IMG/VR virus record: IMGVR_UViG_3300022562_001652
Location: 32,001-96,000 of that record
DNA from: a virus
Direction: 5' to 3' (one strand)
Length of the DNA: 64,000 bases
Positions 9,203 to 18,075 of this stretch are shown here, in pieces. The notes under the pieces were generated by a model. It made no database searches and was not told the origin of the DNA. It worked only from the letters and a program-made list of their open reading frames with translations. The first letter of the stretch is position 1, and each line of letters begins with the position of its first letter. Position numbers and translations under genes: made by a program.

Positions 9203-10617
9203 GAAACCACCACCTTGAAGAATTCACGCTGATACGTCGAGATGCGTTCACGAGAGTGCTTGGCCAACAACGGGTGTGCTGTATCGGCTAGATCGACGAC
9301 AAGTACCACGTTCTCTCCCTCTTTCTTCTTGCGAAGCCCTCGTCCCACTTTCTGAAGAGTACCTCGGAATGACTTACCACCATCCGCGATGATCAAAGCT
9401 TCGATGATCGGAATGTCCACGCCTTCGCCGAACACTGGGGACGCTATGAGAACAGGGAAGATACGTTCGGCGAACTCCTCTTTGACCCCCTCGATCACCG
9501 ACACAGGTACTCTGGCATGCACGAACTTGTGGCGGATCTTCTGCACTTCGAAGAGAGATGAAAGAATCTCCCCGTGCCACACCTGCGCTACGAGAATGAG
9601 TACCTGCTTCCCGTCGTTCACCAGCGAAGTTGCCTTCCGCACAATCGTGGCGTTTCGATCGGGGTTTTCGACGATCCCAGTCTTGTAGATAGCCGACCAC
9701 TTCCACTCCCCGTCTAACGAAGGGGTGTCGTATCGCAGAATCTCGACCGTGGGTTTGGCGAGGTACCCAGCCTTGATGAGCTCGTCGCTCTTCACCTCCA
9801 AGAGGACGGGCCCCGTCGCTGCTTCGACCATCATGCGATCACCTTCGTTGGCCCAGGGCGTGGCAGATAGTCCGAAACGAAAAGAGGCACTGCTGCAAGC
9901 CTGAGATACAGGGAAATGCGTAGCTGCTCGCTGATGGTGCAGCTCGTCCAAGATCAACACGTCTCTCTTAGGAAGCCACGATTTGAAAGGGTTCTTCAGT
10001 CTCTTGCGAAAGAGACTGTTCACGATCCCTACGGTGATCTGTCTTGGGAAGAAAGCCCCGTTCCCAGCCAGGCCTATGTCCCCATGTGGGATCCCGAGGT
10101 ATCTGCTGAGATCCTTACGTGCCTGCTCCATGAGCACGCGCGTGTGGACCACGTATAGGATCTCGACATCCTCGTTGTTTGCGAGAAAGTTCTTGATCAA
10201 GGCAGCAGCGACTGCTGTCTTTCCCGCCCCCGTCGCCAGTTTGAGGATGCCCCTTCTGGCAAGAAGGGCACGCCGTACTGCTTCGATCTGGTAATCACGA
10301 AGATCTACGCCGTGGAGCATATTTGGTCCAACCTCTTCCACGTTGAACCGAACCTTGCTCAGCTTGCGCTCGTCTATGACGGTGGTCCTCTTTTTGGGCA
10401 GCACCGAGAGGGCTCGAGAAACCAAGCCGGTAGGAAGGGTCCTCTTCAAAACACTAAACAGGTGTTTCTTACCATCCCAGATCCCATTCTTGAAGAGAGT
10501 AGAGAACTGCGCCCCAGGGACATCGAAAGACAAAGCCTGGTCCACAACCAATAGCTCTTTGGCTGTGGCCTCCTCGATGAAAGCCTGGGTCTCAGACAAG
10601 ATACGGACGATCGACAT
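9199..10617 (-). CDS. SF2 DNA helicase (UvsW-like)
   Basis: LRDYQ, LATGAGKT, DELHH, GLSATP, GEGVDIP, QKVGRGLR. Confidence 0.9.
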   Translation of the reverse strand: MSIVRILSETQAFIEEATAKELLVVDQALSFDVPGAQFSTLFKNGIWDGKKHLFSVLKRTLPTGLVSRALSVLPKKRTTVIDERKLSKVRFNVEEVGPNMLHGVDLRDYQIEAVRRALLARRGILKLATGAGKTAVAAALIKNFLANNEDVEILYVVHTRVLMEQARKDLSRYLGIPHGDIGLAGNGAFFPRQITVGIVNSLFRKRLKNPFKSWLPKRDVLILDELHHQRAATHFPVSQACSSASFRFGLSATPWANEGDRMMVEAATGPVLLEVKSDELIKAGYLAKPTVEILRYDTPSLDGEWKWSAIYKTGIVENPDRNATIVRKATSLVNDGKQVLILVAQVWHGEILSSLFEVQKIRHKFVHARVPVSVIEGVKEEFAERIFPVLIASPVFGEGVDIPIIEALIIADGGKSFRGTLQKVGRGLRKKKEGENVVLVVDLADTAHPLLAKHSRERISTYQREFFKVVVS

Positions 10618-10694
10618 CGGCTAGGTGTCTCCCTCCACCCACCGGGTACGAAAAAACATGGTGTCAGATACAGCAGCGCCGAGTCAAGGAAAAG

Positions 10695-11096
10695 CTATGT
10701 GAGCGCACACAAAACTACGAGAATCTCCGCTGCGACTCCCGCACTCCGCTCTAAGGTCATAGCCGTGATCGGCGACGTCGACGACGTCAGGAAGAACATA
10801 GAAGAGAACGGAATCGCTTGCAGCGTCCCATCAGCGTGCGTGAGACGGACCAGGATGTTGCCGGATTCGAGAGAACGCACGTACAAGAAGACGGAATCGG
10901 CCTCGACGACATCATCGAAAGCCACCGCTTCCTGGCCGTCGGCATCCAGCGAAATCACCGTGGTCTTGTAGTTCGAAATCTCGAGCTCTTCGAGGAGGTC
11001 CACCTTGAATAACGTCTTGCCTCCCGCCTTGGACACGACAGCCGGCGGAAGCGCGATCTCGAGAGTTCCTGAGAGGACATATCCGTACGTGGTCAT
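10695..11096 (-). CDS. probable virion beta-sandwich protein; paralog of 55894..56316
   Basis: SD GGAG; beta-rich; last gene of the late operon. Confidence 0.6.
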   Translation of the reverse strand: MTTYGYVLSGTLEIALPPAVVSKAGGKTLFKVDLLEELEISNYKTTVISLDADGQEAVAFDDVVEADSVFLYVRSLESGNILVRLTHADGTLQAIPFSSMFFLTSSTSPITAMTLERSAGVAAEILVVLCALT

Positions 11097-11105
11097 GTTG
11101 ATCTC

Positions 11106-11522
11106 CTAGAAACGCGTGATGCTGGGACGTAGAAAGAGAGGAGAGTTACGAACTATGGGCTTCGTCTCTCCTGTGGGAGAAACGACCCAAGCGTCCCATC
11201 GAAGAGGGCCTTTTTTGTAGTCGAGCAGGTAGCTATCCTCGTACACGAGGTAGACCTGCCAAAGTCCAAGGCTCACGTTCTGATCCAAGATCAAGGCTTG
11301 AGCATCGCTGCCGCCAGCGTTCGTGGTTCGCTTCTTGATCGTCGCGACAGTGTCTTCGACGGACACGCGCGCCGTGAAGAAACCCTGCCACCCCGCAATG
11401 TTTCGCAGGTTCTTGGTGAGTGTCTCCCGGACTTCCAGGTTGATGATCTTCGTCTCCCCGATCATGAGATAGAGCGGAACCTCCGGATAGAGTTCTTCTT
11501 CGGTAGTTAAGGAACAGCCCAT
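11106..11522 (-). CDS. probable fibre attachment (BppU-like Ig fold) protein
   Basis: GETKIINLEV, FFTAR, WDAWV, PSITRF pattern; follows the fibre gene. Confidence 0.55.
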   Translation of the reverse strand: MGCSLTTEEELYPEVPLYLMIGETKIINLEVRETLTKNLRNIAGWQGFFTARVSVEDTVATIKKRTTNAGGSDAQALILDQNVSLGLWQVYLVYEDSYLLDYKKGPLRWDAWVVSPTGETKPIVRNSPLFLRPSITRF

Positions 11523-11543
11523 CTCACGAAGCCTCCGTTGAAG

Positions 11544-14500
11544 TTACACGACACTTATCACCGACACGACCGCGTAGAGCTCTCCTTCTATCGTGACCGT
11601 CGCGTAGAGCTCCCCTCCTATCGTGACCGCCGCCTGCAGATCTGGGGTATTGACCGCAGCAGCTCCTCCTAAGACACCGATCGAGAAGGCGTCATCGAAC
11701 TCGACGACAGATCCGACGCCCAGCCTCTTAGCGTGGGCCATCGAAGAAGACTGATCAACCTCGACGGCCTGCCCGAGAAGACGCAGTTGAATCCTGACAA
11801 TAGATCGCGCGTCGTCAGTCTCAAGCGCCTGGACAATTGCACGGACTTTATAGTGTCCAGTAGACGTCGCACTATCCTGCTCGAGAGCTTGGCCAACCAT
11901 CCTCGTCTTGACGATCGTCATAGCTCGGGACGACTCTGTCTCGAAGGCCTGCAACAACACTTTGACCTTGACAGAAGATACAAGACGAGCGTCGTCGAGC
12001 TCCAAAGCTTGCTGCACCGATTTCAACTTGGAATGATCTATAGAGAACGCGGCTTCTTGTTCAGACGCCTGCGCTACCAAGATCACGTGACTTGCAGAAA
12101 ACGTCTGCGCGTCGTCTTGCTCCAGGACCTGGCTAATCTGCTTGGTCTTGACTGAGCTGATCGCCTGGGCATCGTCTTGTTCGAGAGCCTGAGCTAGGGT
12201 GTAACCTAAGGAGGTGGTTACCGTCTGAGAATCATCCTGCTCGAGAGCCTCGGATACGACGAGCACCTTTCCAGGCCCAACGGGCTGCACGACATCCTCT
12301 TCCAAAGCTTGGGCGACGGCGAAGGTCCCTGAAAAACGCGTAATGTTCTGCGACCCGTCTTGCTCGAGAGCCTGCGAAAGCAGGTACTCCCTAGACGGCG
12401 CCGTCGCATGTGCTTCGTCCTGCTCCAAGGCTTGGTTAACCTGCTTGGCTTTGGCCGAGCTGATCGCCTGGGAATCGTCTTGCTCAAGAGCCTGAGCAAC
12501 GGTGCGCTCCTTGACGACAGTCAAGGCCTGGGAGTCATCCTGCTCGAGAGCCTGAGCAACTTGCTTGGTCTTGACGACAGTGACCGCCTGAGAATCATCC
12601 TGCTCGAGAGCCTGAGCAACAGTTTCCGCCTTAGCTGAGCTGATCGCCTGGGAATCGTCTTGCTCAAGAGCCTGGTTAACGAGACGAGCCATGGGGTTCC
12701 ATGCGATCGCCTGAGAATCATCCTGCTCGAGAGCCTGGTCGACAACTTTTGCAGTAGAAACAGACATCGCCTGGGCATCGTCCTGCTCGAGGGTCTGTCC
12801 TACTGACTTTGTCTTAACAGCGGTGACAGCTTGGGCGTCGTCTTGTTCGAGAGCTTGGTTGATCTGCTTGGTCTCGAGAGAGTTGATCGCCTGAGCGTCG
12901 TCCTGTTCAAGAGCCTGGCCAAGAGAAGCGCTCTTGACCGAGCTGATCGCCTGGGAATCGTCTTGCTCAAGAGCCTGAGACACTGCCCTCGTTTTGACAG
13001 CAGTGATGGCCTGAGAGTCGTCTTGCTCAAGAGCCTGGGCAATGGTGTTCGATGCTGGAGACGTGACCGCCTGAGCGTCGTCTTGTTCGAGAGCCTGGAC
13101 TATTGCCCTCGTCTTGACCGAGTTGATCGCCTGGGCATCATCTTGTTCGAGAGCCTGGTTAACGAGACGAGCCATGGGGTTCCATGCGATCGCCTGAGAA
13201 TCATCCTGCTCGAGAGCCTGGGCAACAGTTTCCGCCTTAGCTGAGCTGATCGCCTGGGAATCGTCTTGCTCAAGAGCCTGAGCAACTGACACGCTCTTGA
13301 GCGGACTGATCGCCTGCGCGTCGTCTTGCTCCAGGACCTGGCTAATCTGCTTGGTCTTGACTGAGCTGATCGCCTGAGCATCGTCTTGTTCGAGAGCCTG
13401 GCCCGTAAAGATGTTAACCGGATTCCGAACGATGGCCTGCGCGTCGTCCTGCTCGAGGGCTTGGGTTACCGCCTTGTTCTTGAGGGCTGCTATCGAAAAA
13501 GCATCATCCTGCTCGAGAGCCTGGTTCAACAACCTAATCTTCGGGTTCCAGACAATCGAAAAAGCGTCGTCCTGCTCAGAAACTTGACCAATGACCAGTG
13601 CTTTCAAAGGCACAATCGAGAAAGCGTCGTCTTCTTCAGATGGTTGTCCTATAGCCAGCAGCTTCAGAACCACGATCGAAAGAGCGTCGTCCTGCTCAAA
13701 AGCCTGCCCAACGACCTCTGTGATAGTCGTAGACGGAGCCCGGAGCTCGATAGCGCAAACCCCAAGCCATGTAGTGCCCCCCGAATTGATCGTGAGAGCA
13801 CTGTCGGGTGAATCAAACCACGCCACGGCACAGGTTCCGATGTTGGCGTCCTCCGTGTGATATACCCTCTCGTACTCTGTCTCGTCGGTCGTCAGGGCCG
13901 TGACATCCCAGTCACCGAAGAAAGCAAGGGTCTTGCTGGTAGAAGCAGGTGTTGCGTCGAAAGTGTCCGTGATCGAGCTCGTCTTGCTACTCGGATACGT
14001 CGTAGCGTCCTTGAACTGGACAACCGGATCCGTCGGATCGACCTCGGAGTCGTTGAACTTGAGCACCTGCCAGCGTGTAGAACCCTGTGTCGTGGACCCA
14101 AAATCAATCGTCTGCGCCCCCGAAAACGATCCATGCCTACGAAACACGGTCATGCCAACGGAGACACCGGAGCCGATCTTCACATGAGAAACCTGTGTCC
14201 ACCCAGAGATCGATGGCACCGTCGTGTCTGTCCCACCGCCTCCACTATCCCACGACCACACGCCGAGAAAGGCGACTTCGTCGGAAGCAATGCTGATGGA
14301 GGCGGTGTCGAAACTCGTTCCAGAGCTACCTGTACCCTCTGTAACTTTCCGCTGTGATACGAACGTGATCTCGGCAGCGATAACGATACATGGAGCGGGG
14401 ACGTTTACGCCTCCCATGAAAGAAGTATCGGAACCTAGTCTCCAAAACGAATGTATGGAATTATACGGAAAGGACTCGTTGCTGAGATCTTCAACGTTCA

Positions 14501-15710
14501 AGTGACCGATGCGACTGTATCGGACTTCAGGATCGATAATGGAATTCAGCATGTGGACAACGCCAATGGCGTTGTTGTGAATGTGTCCAAAGGCACTGAG
14601 CGTAACCGACGCACTGTAGGGAGCCGTTGTGTCGAGCGCAGTTGCCGTTTGGACAACACTTCCTCCGTGGATGTATTCCTCTACGATCCATCCACAGTTG
14701 TCCACAGCGTTACTAAAAGAGATAGTGATCGCCCCAGGGGTTGGTGCAGACGCGCCGCTGCTCGCCGACACCATCCACGCACGCACGTGATCGTCAGGAC
14801 CGCTGGTTACAGCAACGATCTCAGACGATGTACTGTCCGTATTCCAGGTTAGGCTCATTCCTGAAACAGAACTCAACGAGATCGCGGAAGTAGTATTGTC
14901 GAGAGCGAAGATCCAGACGACGACGCGAGTGTTGGCCGCAGGTCCTACGCTCGCTGTGTTAAAGGAGGACGAGTCGAGACCAAACCCTTGAGTGAGGCGA
15001 CGCGGATACGTGAAAGGCATCGACACGAGACGCAGCGCCGCATACACGTTGGCATGGTCCGCTGTACTCGTCGTAGGGTTGCTGGTGTCACCGGTCCCAG
15101 TGAGTATTCTGAACTCACCGCAGGAATTCACATTGGTGTCGTCTGCTCCTCCGGACGTGGCTTCCGATGTGAGCGCCGTGTAGTTCGTCGTCGCCGTGTA
15201 GCTCGTAGAAGCACTCTCTCGACCAACCCCTCTCACGAATAGGTATTCGCGGCTTGTGAGAGAAGAAAGGCTTTGTGACGGAGCATCGGCTGATGTCGCC
15301 GTTGTCACAACGACATCAGCTACGTAGGCAAACTTTCCGTTGGTATCGAAGACCCACCCTGTCAGTGCCTTCGCAGTAACCGCCTTGTAAAGTGTGATCG
15401 TGAACGTACCGGAAGTAGAAAGGGTAGCCGCAGCGACGGTGAACCAGACAGATGTCGTACACCCGGAACCAGAGGACCCTGAACCAACGGAAGACTCCCC
15501 GGCCTTGTACCAGGCGTTGCCTGCAGAATCGACAACCGCCATGTGGAAGTTGTCTTCGTCTACGAAGGAAACGAGGTTGTCGGTAGTGAGTACAAGAACA
15601 CCGAGCTGACCAGCGTTAAGAGCTCGGGTGAGTGTCCCACTCGTCGTCCAGGTGGCAGACGAAGTCTTGTCGTTCTCCGTATGGAGCTCGCCGACAGAAG
15701 AAAGTGCCAC
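11544..15710 (-). CDS. 1388-aa fibre/adhesin: N-terminal S/T-rich beta domains plus about 34 x 20-aa QALEQDD repeats
   Basis: ORF track; repeats visible in both protein and DNA. Confidence 0.8.
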   Translation of the reverse strand: MALSSVGELHTENDKTSSATWTTSGTLTRALNAGQLGVLVLTTDNLVSFVDEDNFHMAVVDSAGNAWYKAGESSVGSGSSGSGCTTSVWFTVAAATLSTSGTFTITLYKAVTAKALTGWVFDTNGKFAYVADVVVTTATSADAPSQSLSSLTSREYLFVRGVGRESASTSYTATTNYTALTSEATSGGADDTNVNSCGEFRILTGTGDTSNPTTSTADHANVYAALRLVSMPFTYPRRLTQGFGLDSSSFNTASVGPAANTRVVVWIFALDNTTSAISLSSVSGMSLTWNTDSTSSEIVAVTSGPDDHVRAWMVSASSGASAPTPGAITISFSNAVDNCGWIVEEYIHGGSVVQTATALDTTAPYSASVTLSAFGHIHNNAIGVVHMLNSIIDPEVRYSRIGHLNVEDLSNESFPYNSIHSFWRLGSDTSFMGGVNVPAPCIVIAAEITFVSQRKVTEGTGSSGTSFDTASISIASDEVAFLGVWSWDSGGGGTDTTVPSISGWTQVSHVKIGSGVSVGMTVFRRHGSFSGAQTIDFGSTTQGSTRWQVLKFNDSEVDPTDPVVQFKDATTYPSSKTSSITDTFDATPASTSKTLAFFGDWDVTALTTDETEYERVYHTEDANIGTCAVAWFDSPDSALTINSGGTTWLGVCAIELRAPSTTITEVVGQAFEQDDALSIVVLKLLAIGQPSEEDDAFSIVPLKALVIGQVSEQDDAFSIVWNPKIRLLNQALEQDDAFSIAALKNKAVTQALEQDDAQAIVRNPVNIFTGQALEQDDAQAISSVKTKQISQVLEQDDAQAISPLKSVSVAQALEQDDSQAISSAKAETVAQALEQDDSQAIAWNPMARLVNQALEQDDAQAINSVKTRAIVQALEQDDAQAVTSPASNTIAQALEQDDSQAITAVKTRAVSQALEQDDSQAISSVKSASLGQALEQDDAQAINSLETKQINQALEQDDAQAVTAVKTKSVGQTLEQDDAQAMSVSTAKVVDQALEQDDSQAIAWNPMARLVNQALEQDDSQAISSAKAETVAQALEQDDSQAVTVVKTKQVAQALEQDDSQALTVVKERTVAQALEQDDSQAISSAKAKQVNQALEQDEAHATAPSREYLLSQALEQDGSQNITRFSGTFAVAQALEEDVVQPVGPGKVLVVSEALEQDDSQTVTTSLGYTLAQALEQDDAQAISSVKTKQISQVLEQDDAQTFSASHVILVAQASEQEAAFSIDHSKLKSVQQALELDDARLVSSVKVKVLLQAFETESSRAMTIVKTRMVGQALEQDSATSTGHYKVRAIVQALETDDARSIVRIQLRLLGQAVEVDQSSSMAHAKRLGVGSVVEFDDAFSIGVLGGAAAVNTPDLQAAVTIGGELYATVTIEGELYAVVSVISVV
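11680..13720 (-). repeat. coding tandem repeat array, 60(-63)-bp unit, about 34 copies
   Basis: tcgtc(c/t)tgctc(g/a)agagcctg recurs every ~60 nt; near-identical multi-unit blocks around 12600-12740 and 13145-13285. Confidence 0.95.
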
Positions 15711-15723
15711 GCATCACCCTCAC

Positions 15724-15748
15724 GACCCCACCTCTTAAAGATGGGGCC
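15724..15748 (-). terminator. GC-rich stem-loop without a U tract (attenuator or mRNA-stabilising hairpin)
   Basis: GGCCCCATCT-TTAAG-AGGTGGGGTC in the intergenic gap. Confidence 0.4.
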
Positions 15749-15754
15749 AGCCTC

Positions 15755-16231
15755 TTACACCGGAGAAGCTCTGAAGAACCCGGTGCTGGCGATCTGCGCC
15801 GTGATGTCCGAGCCGTCGGGAGTAACCACGAAGTCGTGCAGCGTCATAGGAATCATGTCCGTGGTCGTCTGGGAACCGACAGGGTCGTAACAGATCACGA
15901 TGTCGTTCCACCCATCTCCGGCAGCCACGGCCGTCCACGTTTGATCAGGGATGTCCAGATCCACCCGATCGTTCGTGTCGTCAGGCGCGTAGGCCACGAG
16001 AACGGTGTCGTCCAGAACCTTCACGGCATAGTTCGTGTTCGTGACTTCGTTGGTGGTACCGGACACGACGTCGGAGAACGTATCCTTGTCCCGCAGAACG
16101 GCGTCCGTCTCGATGCCGGAAGTAGCGAGAACAGAGACTGTGAGCTCGGAAGCCGCCGGGTCGTTGGTCTTGACCCTGTTGTAAAACTCGGCCGCGCGGC
16201 CGAGTGCGATGTTGAAGACCAGGTCCGCCAT
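15755..16231 (-). CDS. small acidic virion protein, probable fibre subunit
   Basis: 158 aa; NEVTNTNY, VDLDIPDQTW, VTPDGSDIT; good SD. Confidence 0.7.
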   Translation of the reverse strand: MADLVFNIALGRAAEFYNRVKTNDPAASELTVSVLATSGIETDAVLRDKDTFSDVVSGTTNEVTNTNYAVKVLDDTVLVAYAPDDTNDRVDLDIPDQTWTAVAAGDGWNDIVICYDPVGSQTTTDMIPMTLHDFVVTPDGSDITAQIASTGFFRASPV

Positions 16232-16245
16232 GTTCGTTTCCCTTT

Positions 16246-16761
16246 CTACTCCAGCAGCTCGTCAGGAGCCGACTCGAGCTCGCACTCGTAGTAGTTGTCG
16301 CACAGATACCCCGCCGGATACTGAGGATCCGGTGACGGCTTGTTCCCGTGGGTCGACGCGACGTGTGCACGAGCAGCGCGGCCCTGGGGATCGTCGGGAA
16401 GCTTGGCGTCGCAGTGGCAGCACCACCGTCCGGGCTCGTAGAGGATCTTGTACACGACCTCCCCGTTGCTGCCATGAATGGTCAGCTTCTTGCGACCCAC
16501 GCTCATCCACCCTTGCGCGAGGCCAGCCTGCACGGTTTCCGTGGGAAAACCCTGCTTGGGGATGATCCGATGGACCTCGACGCCGATCGGAACCGGAGAA
16601 GGGATCTTGAGGTCAGCCTTCCGCGCCAAGGCCTCCGCCTCCTCTTTATCCATGCCCGCGCTGAGAAGAGCCTCGGCGATCTCCTTGATCCGAGCCTCTT
16701 TCACCGCCTTGTAGGTCACGATCTCGTCGGGGTCATACAGTCTCTTCAGCTCGATTCCCAT
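16246..16761 (-). CDS. hypothetical protein with a CCHC...H...H zinc-finger-like C-terminus
   Basis: AAAGGAG before ATG 16761. Confidence 0.7.
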   Translation of the reverse strand: MGIELKRLYDPDEIVTYKAVKEARIKEIAEALLSAGMDKEEAEALARKADLKIPSPVPIGVEVHRIIPKQGFPTETVQAGLAQGWMSVGRKKLTIHGSNGEVVYKILYEPGRWCCHCDAKLPDDPQGRAARAHVASTHGNKPSPDPQYPAGYLCDNYYECELESAPDELLE

Positions 16762-16786
16762 CGTCGTCTCCTTTCTTCGAATCTTC

Positions 16787-17254
16787 TCACGTCTGCTGTT
16801 CCCACGGAAGTCCGTGAGGAGCGACCATGGCAATCAGATCAGGCCGTCTGCGAATGTTCCTCACCTTCACGAAGGCGTTGCGCTTCGCCGCCGTCTTCAG
16901 ATCCTTCGTGTCCCTACCGCCTCCGCCGGCTTCGATCATGCGAAAACCGTCCAGGGCTACTCCAACATGGACAATTTCTCGGATTGATCTTCCGTAGAAG
17001 CAGAGAGTTGCGAGGTCTGCGACCGGCACGACCGCCCCATTCTCAGGTTTCACGAAGTGATCGAAGAGTCCCTGCGCTGTTTGGTCACCTTGTGGATCGA
17101 GACCAAGCCACTGGTAAAGGTCCTGCGTAATCCCAGAACAGTCAAACCCCAAGATGGGGTCGTCCCCTCCCCAGTAGTAAGGGATATTCAAGAACGTCAA
17201 GGCGTACGCTTCGAACCTCTCCCGCTCTCTTTCTGCCGTGTAAGTACGATTCAT
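16787..17254 (-). CDS. NlpC/P60 cysteine peptidoglycan hydrolase (candidate endolysin)
   Basis: PYYWGG...GFDCSG, HVG, MIEA. Confidence 0.85.
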   Translation of the reverse strand: MNRTYTAERERERFEAYALTFLNIPYYWGGDDPILGFDCSGITQDLYQWLGLDPQGDQTAQGLFDHFVKPENGAVVPVADLATLCFYGRSIREIVHVGVALDGFRMIEAGGGGRDTKDLKTAAKRNAFVKVRNIRRRPDLIAMVAPHGLPWEQQT

Positions 17255-17266
17255 CGTTGTTCTCTC

Positions 17267-17746
17267 CTACGGAGCTCCTGGATCTTTTCGAAGGGGCTCG
17301 AGCAGACGCCTGTTAATTTCCGAAAGCCTACGATTCACCTGGATATCGATCTCGATCACGCCGATCCGCTGCATCAGTACCTGGAACTCGTCGCGAGTCG
17401 GGTACCGAGAAACGTATAAGACGATCGTCACGACGGCCCCGATGATCGTCACGATCAAGGGAACAATACGCCAAGCGAACGAGACAGCAGTCATCGGTCT
17501 AAGATCCGAAAGTTTTCTTTCGATCTCCGATCGCATCTCATGGACTTCTTTGCGTAGATCTGCTGTCTTCTCAACGAGAGCTGAGAACTGAGGCTTGAGA
17601 CCTGCGTCTTCGTTCTCCAGCTTCCTAATTCGTTCATCAAAAACAGCATGCGCCGCCTTGTTCTCTGTATGATGGCGCTCGACCGTCGCGTACGCCGCCA
17701 TAAGAGGTACTCCTTGGACAGGAGTAACGTTGCCTTCATCGCTCAT
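17267..17746 (-). CDS. coiled-coil single-pass membrane protein (holin/antiholin-like)
   Basis: Heptad region plus TM IVPLIVTIIGAVVTIVLYV; adjacent to the hydrolase. Confidence 0.55.
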   Translation of the reverse strand: MSDEGNVTPVQGVPLMAAYATVERHHTENKAAHAVFDERIRKLENEDAGLKPQFSALVEKTADLRKEVHEMRSEIERKLSDLRPMTAVSFAWRIVPLIVTIIGAVVTIVLYVSRYPTRDEFQVLMQRIGVIEIDIQVNRRLSEINRRLLEPLRKDPGAP

Positions 17747-18060
17747 CCTGCTACCAAAGCCTCGACTTCGTAGTCCGTGGTGGAGGCGGCAGCTACCAAC
17801 GAAAGGCGTTCGATCGGACCGAAGAACTCTCTCGAGCCGCTCGCAGCCACGACGACGAAGTCGTCACCCCCTCCTTCAGCGGCCACGCTCTTCGCCCGAG
17901 GAAGGTAGACGTTGAGCGCATTCGTGGATCCTAGGTTCCTCACCACAACCTTGCGGGCGAAAGCGGATCTTCCCGTCAAAGGACTTACCATCCGAATATG
18001 GGTCACAGCCGACGACGCCGTTCCCTTGAAGATCGTCTCGTTTCCGTAGAACCCGTACAT
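17743..18060 (-). CDS. small beta-rich virion protein
   Basis: GAGGAGG SD; 105 aa. Confidence 0.6.
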   Translation of the reverse strand: MYGFYGNETIFKGTASSAVTHIRMVSPLTGRSAFARKVVVRNLGSTNALNVYLPRAKSVAAEGGGDDFVVVAASGSREFFGPIERLSLVAAASTTDYEVEALVAG

Positions 18061-18075
18061 CAGAAACCTCCTCGA

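Noticed and set aside
11680-13720. Regular ~60-bp repeats resembling a CRISPR array
   Set aside because: The repeats are in frame within a 1388-aa ORF and vary at synonymous positions, the 'spacers' are themselves repeated, and no cas genes are present.
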